Assembly: GCA_964525535.1 (NCBI GenBank)
Contig: CAZGHT010000016.1
Location: 1,834 to 65,833 of the forward strand
Direction of reading: 5' to 3'
Length of the DNA stretch: 64,000 bases
From: an uncultured Rhodothermaceae bacterium
GTDB taxonomy: Bacteria; Bacteroidota; Rhodothermia; Rhodothermales; JAHQVL01
The position numbers and the translations under genes were made by a program. The stretch's first letter is position 1. Every line of letters begins with the position of its first letter. Shown here one piece after another: positions 1-8,300 of the stretch. The notes below the pieces were generated by a model that was given only the letters and a program-made list of their open reading frames with translations, ran no database searches and was not told where the DNA came from.

Positions 1-1
1 C

Positions 2-436
2 CTGGTGGCGCTGCGCCGGCGCCTGAAATTCGAGCTGGTGAAGGAGAAGTGGAAAACCCACCCGCTGAACGAAGTCGACGTGCCCATCGAGGAGAAGGCC
101 TTCATGTTGCGCGATTACGCAGAAAAAGACGATCCGATGGCGATCGAGGTCTTCAAACAACAAGGGTACATCTTCGGATACGGATTGGCCGACCTCATTC
201 GCGTGTTCGATCCCGGCCTCGTCGTGATCGGAGGGGGGCTGGCCGAAACGTCCTTCCGAGAGACCTATCTCGGCTGGATCCTCGAGGGATTCGAAAAAAG
301 AGCCTGGCCGATCTATTATCGCAGCCCGATCGATCCGGACCTATACACGACCCGGTTCGAGTGGGCCTTAAAGGGCGATTCGGCCGGCGCCCTGGGCATG
401 GCCTATTCAGCGCGCGAAAAGTTCGGCGGCCGTTGA
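2..436 (+). CDS. ROK-family sugar kinase/regulator, C-terminal fragment (5' end outside window)
   Basis: Frame is open from the window edge. It carries a ROK-like C-terminal block: FDPGLVVIGGGLAE ... DSAGALGMA. Confidence 0.7.
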   Translation: MVALRRRLKFELVKEKWKTHPLNEVDVPIEEKAFMLRDYAEKDDPMAIEVFKQQGYIFGYGLADLIRVFDPGLVVIGGGLAETSFRETYLGWILEGFEKRAWPIYYRSPIDPDLYTTRFEWALKGDSAGALGMAYSAREKFGGR

Positions 437-470
437 ACCAGGCCCGAGAAAGACGTGCGGTGGCTCTGGA

Positions 471-1349
471 TCAGGTGAACAGATCCGAGCTCAGATACCG
501 GTCGCCCCGGTCGCATACGATAAATACGATCGTGCCCTCCGACAGCCCGTCAGCCACCTCCAGCGCCGCTTTCAAGGCGCCTCCACTGCTCATGCCGGAC
601 AAGACGCCCTCCTCCCGGGCAAGCCGTTTTGCATAGGTGCGGGCGTCCCCCTCGCTCACGTCGATGACCCGGTCGACCCGCTCGGGCTCGAAGATCTTCG
701 GTAGAAACTCGGGAGACCACCGCCGTATGCCGGGGATGCGAGACCCATCGGTGGGCTGGGTGCCTACGATCTGAATGCTGGGATCCTGCTCTTTTAGGTA
801 CCTCGATACGCCCATGATGGTGCCCGTCGTCCCCATAGCGGACACAAAGTGGGTGATGCGCTGCTCTGTGTCGCGCCATATCTCGGGGCCCGTCGTCCGG
901 TAATGCATCCCGTAGTTATCCGGGTTGGCGAACTGGTTCAGGATATGATATCCTTGACGCCCGGCCATCTCCTCGGCGAGCTCCCGCGAGTATTCGATCG
1001 TGCGATCGGCCGGCGTCAGGATGACCTCCGCGCCGTAGGCTTTCATAGCCAGCACGCGTTCCCGGGTCGAATTGTCGGGCATGACGAGGGTCATGTTCAG
1101 GCCGAACAGGCTGGCTATCATGGCCAGAGCGATCCCTGTATTCCCGCTGGTGGCCTCGACCAGGCGGTCTCCCTTTTCGATCTCCCCACGATCGAGCGCG
1201 CCTTTGATCATACCGTACGCCGCCCGATCCTTGACGCTGCCGCCGGGGTTGTTGCCTTCGAGCTTGCCATACACCGTGACAGAGGGACGGGTGGGAATGT
1301 GCTGCAGTTCGACGAGCGGTGTATTGCCTATGAGTTCGGAAAGTACCAT
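471..1349 (-). CDS. cysM: Cysteine synthase (O-acetylserine sulfhydrylase), CysM-like
   Basis: 292 aa with PLP-enzyme motifs GNTPLV, KLEGNNPGGSVKDR and TSGNTGIALA. It lies 46 bp downstream of cysE on the same strand. The CysK versus CysM assignment is not certain. Confidence 0.9.
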   Translation of the reverse strand: MVLSELIGNTPLVELQHIPTRPSVTVYGKLEGNNPGGSVKDRAAYGMIKGALDRGEIEKGDRLVEATSGNTGIALAMIASLFGLNMTLVMPDNSTRERVLAMKAYGAEVILTPADRTIEYSRELAEEMAGRQGYHILNQFANPDNYGMHYRTTGPEIWRDTEQRITHFVSAMGTTGTIMGVSRYLKEQDPSIQIVGTQPTDGSRIPGIRRWSPEFLPKIFEPERVDRVIDVSEGDARTYAKRLAREEGVLSGMSSGGALKAALEVADGLSEGTIVFIVCDRGDRYLSSDLFT

Positions 1350-1395
1350 ACCATGCTGTAATGAGTGTGGGGAGCGCTGGCTCGAGAGGCTTCGC

Positions 1396-2226
1396 TCAGT
1401 TGGCCTTTACGATGAGCAAGTCCGTTTCGTTCGAGTCAGAATGATACATCTTTGACTGGTAGTAGACTTTGGTTTCGGGCGGGATGCTCCGGGTCAGCCA
1501 GACGTTGCCGCCCACGATGCTGTCGTGCCCGATCACGGTTTCCCCGCCCAGGATGGAAGCCCCTGCATAAATGACGACGCGATCTTCGATCGTAGGATGC
1601 CGCTTCTTCTTCGCATCCTCTTTGTTTACGCTCAATGCGCCCAGGGTAACGCCCTGGTACAACTTGACGTGATCCCCGATCCAGGTGGTTTCCCCGATCA
1701 CGATCCCCGTACCGTGGTCGATGCAGAAATGACTGCCGATGCGAGCGGCCGGATGAATGTCGATCCCGGTCACGTTGTGAGCGTGCTCGGTGATGATGCG
1801 GGGAATGCTCTCTACGTGCAGCTTTTCCAGCTGATTGGCCATTCGATATGCGGCAATCGCGTAAAATCCCGGGTAGGATCGTATGACTTCGCTCCGGCTT
1901 CTTGCGGCCGGGTCCCCATCGTACATCGCCTTCACATCCTGCTGTAGCTGGTCGTACACGTCCGGGACGGCGTCGAAAAAGGCCTCCGCAATGGCGCCTG
2001 CGTCGGCGGCGCCATGCGGGCAGTATTGGACCAGGCCGCTCAAGGTCCCTTTTAATGCCTCGGCGCGGCGCACGAACTCCCCTTCGGTCAGGTGCGAAAG
2101 CTGAGTGGTTTCCGGGAAAAGGATCCCCAGCAAATCTTTGAAAAAATGGACAACGTCGGCCGGGTCCGGGCACGTCGGGCACATCTGGTGCGCTGCGTAA
2201 AGCCGCTTGATAAATTCGGAATTCAT
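1396..2226 (-). CDS. cysE: Serine O-acetyltransferase
   Basis: 276 aa with a hexapeptide-repeat core, DIHPAARIGSHFCIDHGTGIVIGETTWIGDHVKLYQGVTLG, preceded by an N-terminal helical SAT domain. Confidence 0.92.
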   Translation of the reverse strand: MNSEFIKRLYAAHQMCPTCPDPADVVHFFKDLLGILFPETTQLSHLTEGEFVRRAEALKGTLSGLVQYCPHGAADAGAIAEAFFDAVPDVYDQLQQDVKAMYDGDPAARSRSEVIRSYPGFYAIAAYRMANQLEKLHVESIPRIITEHAHNVTGIDIHPAARIGSHFCIDHGTGIVIGETTWIGDHVKLYQGVTLGALSVNKEDAKKKRHPTIEDRVVIYAGASILGGETVIGHDSIVGGNVWLTRSIPPETKVYYQSKMYHSDSNETDLLIVKAN

Positions 2227-2487
2227 GTTCAGGAGATCAGGTACGCGTGATAGCCTATAGATTCAAATAGCAGGAGTCAGGTTTCCTCATCGCGGTCGTT
2301 GTTTTGAAAGAGTACGTAAACCGGATGCCGATTCCCACGGTCTTATACAATAAACGGCAGCGAAAGGGGCAATGGAACCGCGAAGGCAGGGTCTGACCGT
2401 GAAAGTATGGGCTCGCGGTCAAAAGATCCCCCGCATCGCCCCCGATTCCGCACTGTTCCCCACACGGTTGCCCGCCATCAGGGTCTG

Positions 2488-2524
2488 AATGTTGTTTTTT
2501 CATCGTAATGTTGATTTTTCAACA
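2488..2524. promoter_or_regulatory. Candidate operator in the cysE/blaI divergent region: two direct copies of AATGTTG(T/A)TTTTTCA, the second forming the palindrome TGTTGA-N4-TCAACA
   Basis: Read directly from the sequence. Copies lie at 2488-2502 and 2507-2521, and the perfect 6-bp inverted repeat at 2509-2524. The site is about 60 bp upstream of the blaI ATG. Assigning it as an operator is inference. Confidence 0.35.
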
Positions 2525-2583
2525 CTTTGATCGTATCATGGGGCCGACGCCGTCACGAATGCTTGCATGAACCTCGGATTGCC

Positions 2584-2967
2584 ATGACCCAACACCCTTC
2601 CCTGACCCGTAGAGAGCGTGAAGTAATGAATATCGTTCATGAGCTCGGTTCCGCAACGGCCGCGCAGATTCAGGAACGAATGCCCGACCCGCCGTCGAAC
2701 GCAGCCGTTCGCTCGGTGCTGCGTATTCTCGTAGAGCGAGGCCATCTCGGCTACGAGCAGGACGGCCCCCGGTATGTGTACTCGCCGACCGTGCCGATCC
2801 AACGGACGCGATCCTCGGCGTTGCGCCAGGTGCTGCGTGTCTTTTTCGGGGGGTCGGTTGAAGGGGCCATGGCCGCCCTGATCGACATGGAAGAGAGTAA
2901 GTTGACCGAAGAGGAACGGGAACGGATGAGGACGATGATCGAACGAGCCCAAAAAGAGGGACGCTAA
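2584..2967 (+). CDS. BlaI/MecI/CopY-family transcriptional repressor
   Basis: Winged-helix pattern LTRREREVMNIVHELGSATAAQIQERM...SVLRILVERGHLGYEQDGPRYVY. I chose the ATG at 2584 over the upstream ORF start. Its stop overlaps the next gene's start (TAATG). Confidence 0.85.
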   Translation: MTQHPSLTRREREVMNIVHELGSATAAQIQERMPDPPSNAAVRSVLRILVERGHLGYEQDGPRYVYSPTVPIQRTRSSALRQVLRVFFGGSVEGAMAALIDMEESKLTEEERERMRTMIERAQKEGR

Positions 2968-5249
2968 TGGAATATATGCCATTCATGGATTGGATAGACC
3001 TGCCATCCGTCGTGTTGCGCATCACGATTTTGCTCAGCGCATCGATCGCAGCGACGTGGTTGCTCCGCCGCGTAGCGGCACAGGCGCGCCACGTATTATG
3101 GACGGTGACATTCGTCGTGCTGCTGTTGCTGCCGCTCGTCATGGTGACGGCGCCGGCCTGGGAATTGCCTGTGGCGCCTCAGGGGCTCACGCCGGCACGA
3201 ATGAACGCGGCGGTCCCCGAATCGATCGAACCGATGCTCGTCGAGCCGTCGCCAGAGGGACCTGTTCGGGTTGAATCCTTACCTGCTGCAGGCTCCTCGT
3301 GGATGCAGAGAGTACTCCGGCTCCCCGAGCAAAGCCATCGCGCTATCGCCTCGTTGAAGACGGATATCGTCCCGGAGAGGTCAACGGCCGAAAATGCCAT
3401 TACTCACCGCTGGGATGTGTCTGTGCTTTTATTCGCGGTGTGGATGTCGGGGTGTGCAGCCGCCTTGTTATCGTTACTCGTCGGTAGAATACGCTTGAAT
3501 CGTTTAATGCGCACCGCAGAGCCAGTGCTGGACTCCGACTGGTTGGATCCGCTGGAGGCATTGAGAACTCAGATGGGCATCAAGCGGGAAGTCGAGTTGC
3601 TCATGCATCGGGATGCCACGACCCCCATGACCACCGGCTGCCGGCGGCCCGTCATCATACTTCCGGACATCGCGCTGCTCTGGTCGAAGGAACGCGCCCG
3701 GGTGGTGCTCATGCACGAGCTGGTGCACGTCAAACGCTGCGATGTATTGAGACATTTTGTCTCCCGAATAGCGCTGGCCCTGTACTGGTTTCACCCCTTG
3801 GCCTGGATAGCAACGCATCTTGCTGCGGTCAGCCGGGAAGAAGCCTGTGATGAGGAAGTGCTGTGGCTCGGTGCTACGCCTTCCGATTACGCCCGAGAAC
3901 TCCTTCGCCTTGCAGATGGCTTGTTTGTAGAACCTTCTTACGCATCCTTACCCATGATCAGAACGTCCCAACTCGAACAAAGAATCAAGACCATTCTCCG
4001 ACCGGATAGACCGAATAAGAGTACCGTCTTCAATAGCCTCATTGCGATACTGCTCGTTGCCTTCGGGTTAACGACCGCCGTAGCGAATCCGACAACTGTT
4101 CGGACTGAAGATGGACGCGACATGCAGGAGGCTGCATTTGCATCCAAAGGGGATGAAAAGCATTCGATCGATCCAGCAGATCGGTCGTCCGCCCGCACCG
4201 GGCGCCCGGCAGCAGGGAAAGAATCGGGGCCCGGAGAATTGCCCGGTTACCGGTCTTCTCGGGAAGAGCTATGCGATCGCGGGACTCATGGGGTGTTTAA
4301 CGGTTCTTTCGATACAGACAAAGGGGCAAGCGGCAGCCGGCAGGAATACTCCGGGTGGCACAACAGAGACCGTGTACTCCAGAAGTTCGTCGAGGGCATC
4401 CGTATTTGCGTGCGCTCTCACGGAGAAGTCGTCATGGCCGATGACCGCATGTCCGTGCGCGCCGTAGGCGCCGGCAGCTACGTCGTTTTGGAGTCGGAAG
4501 AGAATCGATTGCATCGGCTGGTCATAACCGAAGACAACCGGGGTTTGCAGTATGCATGGACCGTTGACGGCGAAGCGCAGGCTTTCGACGAAGAGGCCCG
4601 GGCGTGGATGGTACAGATGTTCACCATCGTGGAGGGGTACTGGGAGGCGGCTGAACTGCGCGGTCGACAGAGCAGCCTGCGAGGAAATATAGCCTCGCAC
4701 CGGGGCCATATTGCCAGTCTGAAAGGGCGTATCGCCTCGCATAGAGGGGAGGTGGCGAGTATGAAGGGGCGTATCGCCTCGCACCGAGGGGAGGTGGCGA
4801 GTATGAAGGGGCGTATCGCTTCGCAAAGAGGGGATGTGGCGAGTTTGAAGGGCGAGATCGCTTCGCTGAATGGCCGGATCATGAGCCGTGAAGCCCGGGG
4901 AGACCTTTCTGCTGAAGATAGAGCGGAGGTGGAGCGAGAAATCGCCCGAATTCAGACGATGATCGAAGAGTACAATCTGGATGAGCGGATCATGAAGCAG
5001 GAGGCTGAAATCGATGCCTACGACCTCGATGAAAAGGTCGCTCAAGTCGAGAAGGCCATCGAGGATTTTCGGCTGGACGAGAAGGTCAGGGCCATCGAGG
5101 AGGAAATCGGGGACTACGATCTAGAGCAGAAGATACGAGATATAGAAGCGGAAATTAGCGAGCTCGATGCAGATCGCCGGGCGGATGTCATCGAGTCGGA
5201 GGCAGAGGAAGACGTGGAGGCGTTGCGCCGCATGGTTCGCGCGATGTAA
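2967..5249 (+). CDS. BlaR1-like M56-family membrane metalloprotease/antirepressor with a long repeat-rich C-terminal region
   Basis: 760 aa with N-terminal transmembrane helices and a zinc motif HELVH (nt 3714-3728) in the M56 context. It is translationally coupled to blaI. The C-terminal half is non-canonical (see the repeat features). Confidence 0.85.
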   Translation: MEYMPFMDWIDLPSVVLRITILLSASIAATWLLRRVAAQARHVLWTVTFVVLLLLPLVMVTAPAWELPVAPQGLTPARMNAAVPESIEPMLVEPSPEGPVRVESLPAAGSSWMQRVLRLPEQSHRAIASLKTDIVPERSTAENAITHRWDVSVLLFAVWMSGCAAALLSLLVGRIRLNRLMRTAEPVLDSDWLDPLEALRTQMGIKREVELLMHRDATTPMTTGCRRPVIILPDIALLWSKERARVVLMHELVHVKRCDVLRHFVSRIALALYWFHPLAWIATHLAAVSREEACDEEVLWLGATPSDYARELLRLADGLFVEPSYASLPMIRTSQLEQRIKTILRPDRPNKSTVFNSLIAILLVAFGLTTAVANPTTVRTEDGRDMQEAAFASKGDEKHSIDPADRSSARTGRPAAGKESGPGELPGYRSSREELCDRGTHGVFNGSFDTDKGASGSRQEYSGWHNRDRVLQKFVEGIRICVRSHGEVVMADDRMSVRAVGAGSYVVLESEENRLHRLVITEDNRGLQYAWTVDGEAQAFDEEARAWMVQMFTIVEGYWEAAELRGRQSSLRGNIASHRGHIASLKGRIASHRGEVASMKGRIASHRGEVASMKGRIASQRGDVASLKGEIASLNGRIMSREARGDLSAEDRAEVEREIARIQTMIEEYNLDERIMKQEAEIDAYDLDEKVAQVEKAIEDFRLDEKVRAIEEEIGDYDLEQKIRDIEAEISELDADRRADVIESEAEEDVEALRRMVRAM
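4677..4886 (+). repeat. Coding tandem repeat: 10 x 7-aa (21-bp) units, consensus x-(R/K)-G-x-(I/V)-A-S
   Basis: LRGNIAS HRGHIAS LKGRIAS HRGEVAS MKGRIAS HRGEVAS MKGRIAS QRGDVAS LKGEIAS LNGRIMS. The 42-bp units at 4731-4772 and 4773-4814 are 40/42 identical, and both differences are synonymous. Confidence 0.95.
4962..5201 (+). repeat. Coding tandem repeat: 5 x 16-aa acidic units, I-x-x-(Y/F)-x-L-D-E-(K/R)-(I/V)-x-x-x-E-x-(E/A)
   Basis: IEEYNLDERIMKQEAE / IDAYDLDEKVAQVEKA / IEDFRLDEKVRAIEEE / IGDYDLEQKIRDIEAE / ISELDADRRADVIESE, read from the translation. Confidence 0.9.
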
Positions 5250-5356
5250 AGGGCGAAGAGTAAAGGGGGCAGGAGAAGAAAACCGGTTTCATTTTGTTAT
5301 GGCCCGCGTTATCATGGGAATGATCATGTAAACGGTTCCATAACACGGTTGTCATA

Positions 5357-8300
5357 ATGCTGCGCGTTTTTCCTGTACTTCTTCTGTATTGTATTTCTTC
5401 TGTAGTCCTGTTCGGCTGTCGACCCACTGACCAACAGGCAGAGGCGACCATCGAGGGCCCGGCACCCCTTTCCGTACAGCAGGTCGACGAAGGAAATAAG
5501 ATAGTCGTTTACCGGGGCGAGTCGAGCGAGCCGATTGTGACGCAGCAGGCAGCTCCGGATCATCGTCCTTTTTTGCATCCGATTGTGGCGCCGGATGGAG
5601 GGGGGATACTGACCGAATACAGCCCTGGCCACCATCCCCACCAGACGGGCATCTACTGGGGCTTCACGCGCGTAAACGGCCGGGATTACTTCCACCATCC
5701 CGAAGGCGAGTACTGGGAACGCGTTTCCGCTGAAGTGCTCGCGGCCAACGGACCGCGGGTGGCGTGGCAAACGGTGTATCATCTGCTCGACGAAGCCGGC
5801 GAACCCGTGCTTCGCGAAACGCAGACCTGGTCGATGGAAGTCAGGGACGAGGCGTATTTTCTCGACCTCGAGTGGCGCGGCGATGCGCTGAAAGACGTCG
5901 TCATCGGCGAATACGAGTACGGAGGGCTTTTCGTCCGGATGCCCTGGCAGGAGGGTATGGAGGGGCGCGTCGTTAACGCGGCCCGGCAGATCGACGAGCG
6001 CGCCGAAGGGCAGCGCGCGATGTGGGTCGACGTAGGTCTGGTCGTCGATGGCCGGGACGACATGGCGCATATCGCTGTCTTCGATCATCCCGACAACGAA
6101 GGCTACCCCCAACCCTGGCGCGTAGACGGGCAGCTCGGCGTAGGGCCGGTGCGCGCCCGGAGCGGCGACTGGTCGATCGCGGCCGGCGAGACCGAATTCA
6201 TCCGGCACCAATTGATGCTGTACACCGGCGAAAAGAGCGATATCGAGATTACGGACGCCTGGACCGAGTACGCCGATGCCCACGAGTTGTACGGCACCGC
6301 CTCGCTCTGGGGCATCGCTCAGCAAGAGGGGCTCGAGGCAGAATTCCTCACGCCGGAGCAGGCCGCCGAGAGCATGACCGTTCCGGAAGGCTTTGCCGTG
6401 AATGCCTGGGCCGGCGAACCGATGATCACCCAACCGATGGCCTTCGCCTGGGACGACCGCGGCCGGCTCTGGATCGCTGAAAACCGCGATTACGAATCCC
6501 GCCAGACCGGGTTCTCGGCCTCCGGCGACAGCCGCATCCTCATCCTCGAGGATACCGACCGCGACGGCGTCGCCGACAGCCGGACGGTGTTTCTCGAAGG
6601 CATTCCCTTCCCGGCGGCCCTGGCCGTTGGTTTCGACGGGGTGTTCCTCGGCGCCCCCCCGCATCTCCTGTTCATCCCCGATCGCGACGGCGACGATAAA
6701 GCCGACATGGACGATATCGAAATTCGACTGACCGGCTGGGGCATCCGCGATCGCCACGAAACGATCAACAGCCTCCACTGGGGGCCCGACGGCTGGCTCT
6801 ACGGGCTCGAAGGATTCGCCACCCCCTCCAAAATCAGAAAACCCAGGGCAGGCGAAGGCCTCTTCAAACACGGCGACCCGTTTCCGGATGACCTGCTGGA
6901 GCAGGAAGGCGTCGACATCGACGGCGGCGTATGGCGGTACCACCCGGTCAAAGATCGATTCGAAGTCGTGGCGCACGGGTTTAGCAACCCCTGGGGCATC
7001 GACTACGACGCCAAAGGACAGCTTTTCATCAGCGCCTGCGTGATTCCGCACATGTTCCACGTCATCCCCGGAGGAATCTACCACCGCCAGGGCGGGCAGC
7101 ATTTTAACCCCTACGTCTACAGCGACATACAGACCATCGTCGATCACCGGCACCGGTCGGCGCACGGAGGCGCTCGCATCTATCAGTCGGACGCCTTTCC
7201 CGACGAACACAAGGGCCGCCTCTTCATGGCCAACATCCACGAACACGCCGTTTTGTCGGATATCCTGGAACCGGTCGGGTCAGGGTTCAAGGCGAGCCAC
7301 GGCCAGGATTTTCTGCTGGCCAATAACGCCCAGTGGATCGGATTCAGCATCGAGATCGGCCCGGAGGGGGCGATATACGTGCTGGACTGGCACGATGCCG
7401 ACATCTGTGGGAAGGACGTGCTCGATAAGGATACCGGCCGCATCTTCAGGATCGCCCCGGTAGAATCCCGGGCGGAGGACTGGGCCGGCCGCTATGAAGA
7501 CCTGCGGCTGCGCTCCGACCTCGAGCTGGCGGCGCTGCAACGCAGCGAGAGCGACTGGCACGCCCGGCGGGCCCGTGTCATCCTTCAACACCGGGCGTCC
7601 GAAGCGCCCCTGGACGCCGAGGCGGTTCAGGAGCTCACTCGCCTGTTCGCCACCGAAACCGATGGCGATCTGCGGCTGCGTGCGATGTGGACCCTCCACG
7701 TCGCCGGCCTGTTCGAGGAATCCGACCTGTTCGACGCGCTCGACGATGCCGACGAATACGTGAGGTCGTGGGCCATCCAGCTGCTTACCGAAGATGGATC
7801 GCCCGGGCCGCAGGCGCTGGACGCGTTTGCCCGTATGGCGCGCACCGATGCCTCGCCGGTTGTACGGAAATACCTGGCCGCGGCGCTGCAGCGGATCGAC
7901 GAAGACGCGCGCTGGCCGGTCGCCGAAGGATTGCTCGCCCGGGAGGAAGATGCCGGCGACCACAACATCCCCCGGATGATCTGGTTCGGGGTCGAACCCC
8001 TCGTGCCGGCCCGGCCCGAGCACGCGATCGACGTGGCCGGCCAGAGCCGCATCCCGATGGTGACCGAATTTACGGCCCGCCGGCTGGTCGACGCCGACCT
8101 GCTCGAACCGCTCATGGCCGGCCTGGATGAATACCAGCCGGCGCGTCCCGACCTGCTGAGAGGCATGCGCAGCGGGTTGGAAGGGCGGCATGACCTCGTC
8201 GCGCCGCCGTCCTGGGATCCCGTTTATGCCCGCCTGCAGTCCGATCCGGCGAGCGCCCAACGGGCGCTCGAGGTGGCCCAGCTGTTCGGCGACACCGAAG

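Noticed and set aside
2400-2500. Calling the cysE leader a bona fide SAM-I (or cobalamin) riboswitch
   Set aside because: Only part of the remembered core (GGCAACC ... GUGC-GAAUC) is present. I could not locate the P1/P2 GGAGGGA segment of SAM-I or a B12 box, and I could not draw a consistent four-way junction by hand. It is reported only as a low-confidence finding pending an Infernal scan.
2255-2503. 82-aa minus-strand ORF inside the cysE/blaI intergenic region
   Set aside because: Its composition is odd (Cys/Gly/Pro-rich, then aromatic-rich), it has no homology I recognise, and it fully overlaps the putative leader/operator region. It is more likely non-coding.
5324-7246. 640-aa minus-strand ORF, and the similar 518-aa ORF at 7280-8836, opposite the 1277-aa gene
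   Set aside because: These are shadow ORFs typical of GC-rich DNA. Their translations are low-complexity (Arg/Ala/Gly/Val-rich) with no recognisable motif, whereas the plus-strand frame carries several clear domain signatures and a haem motif.
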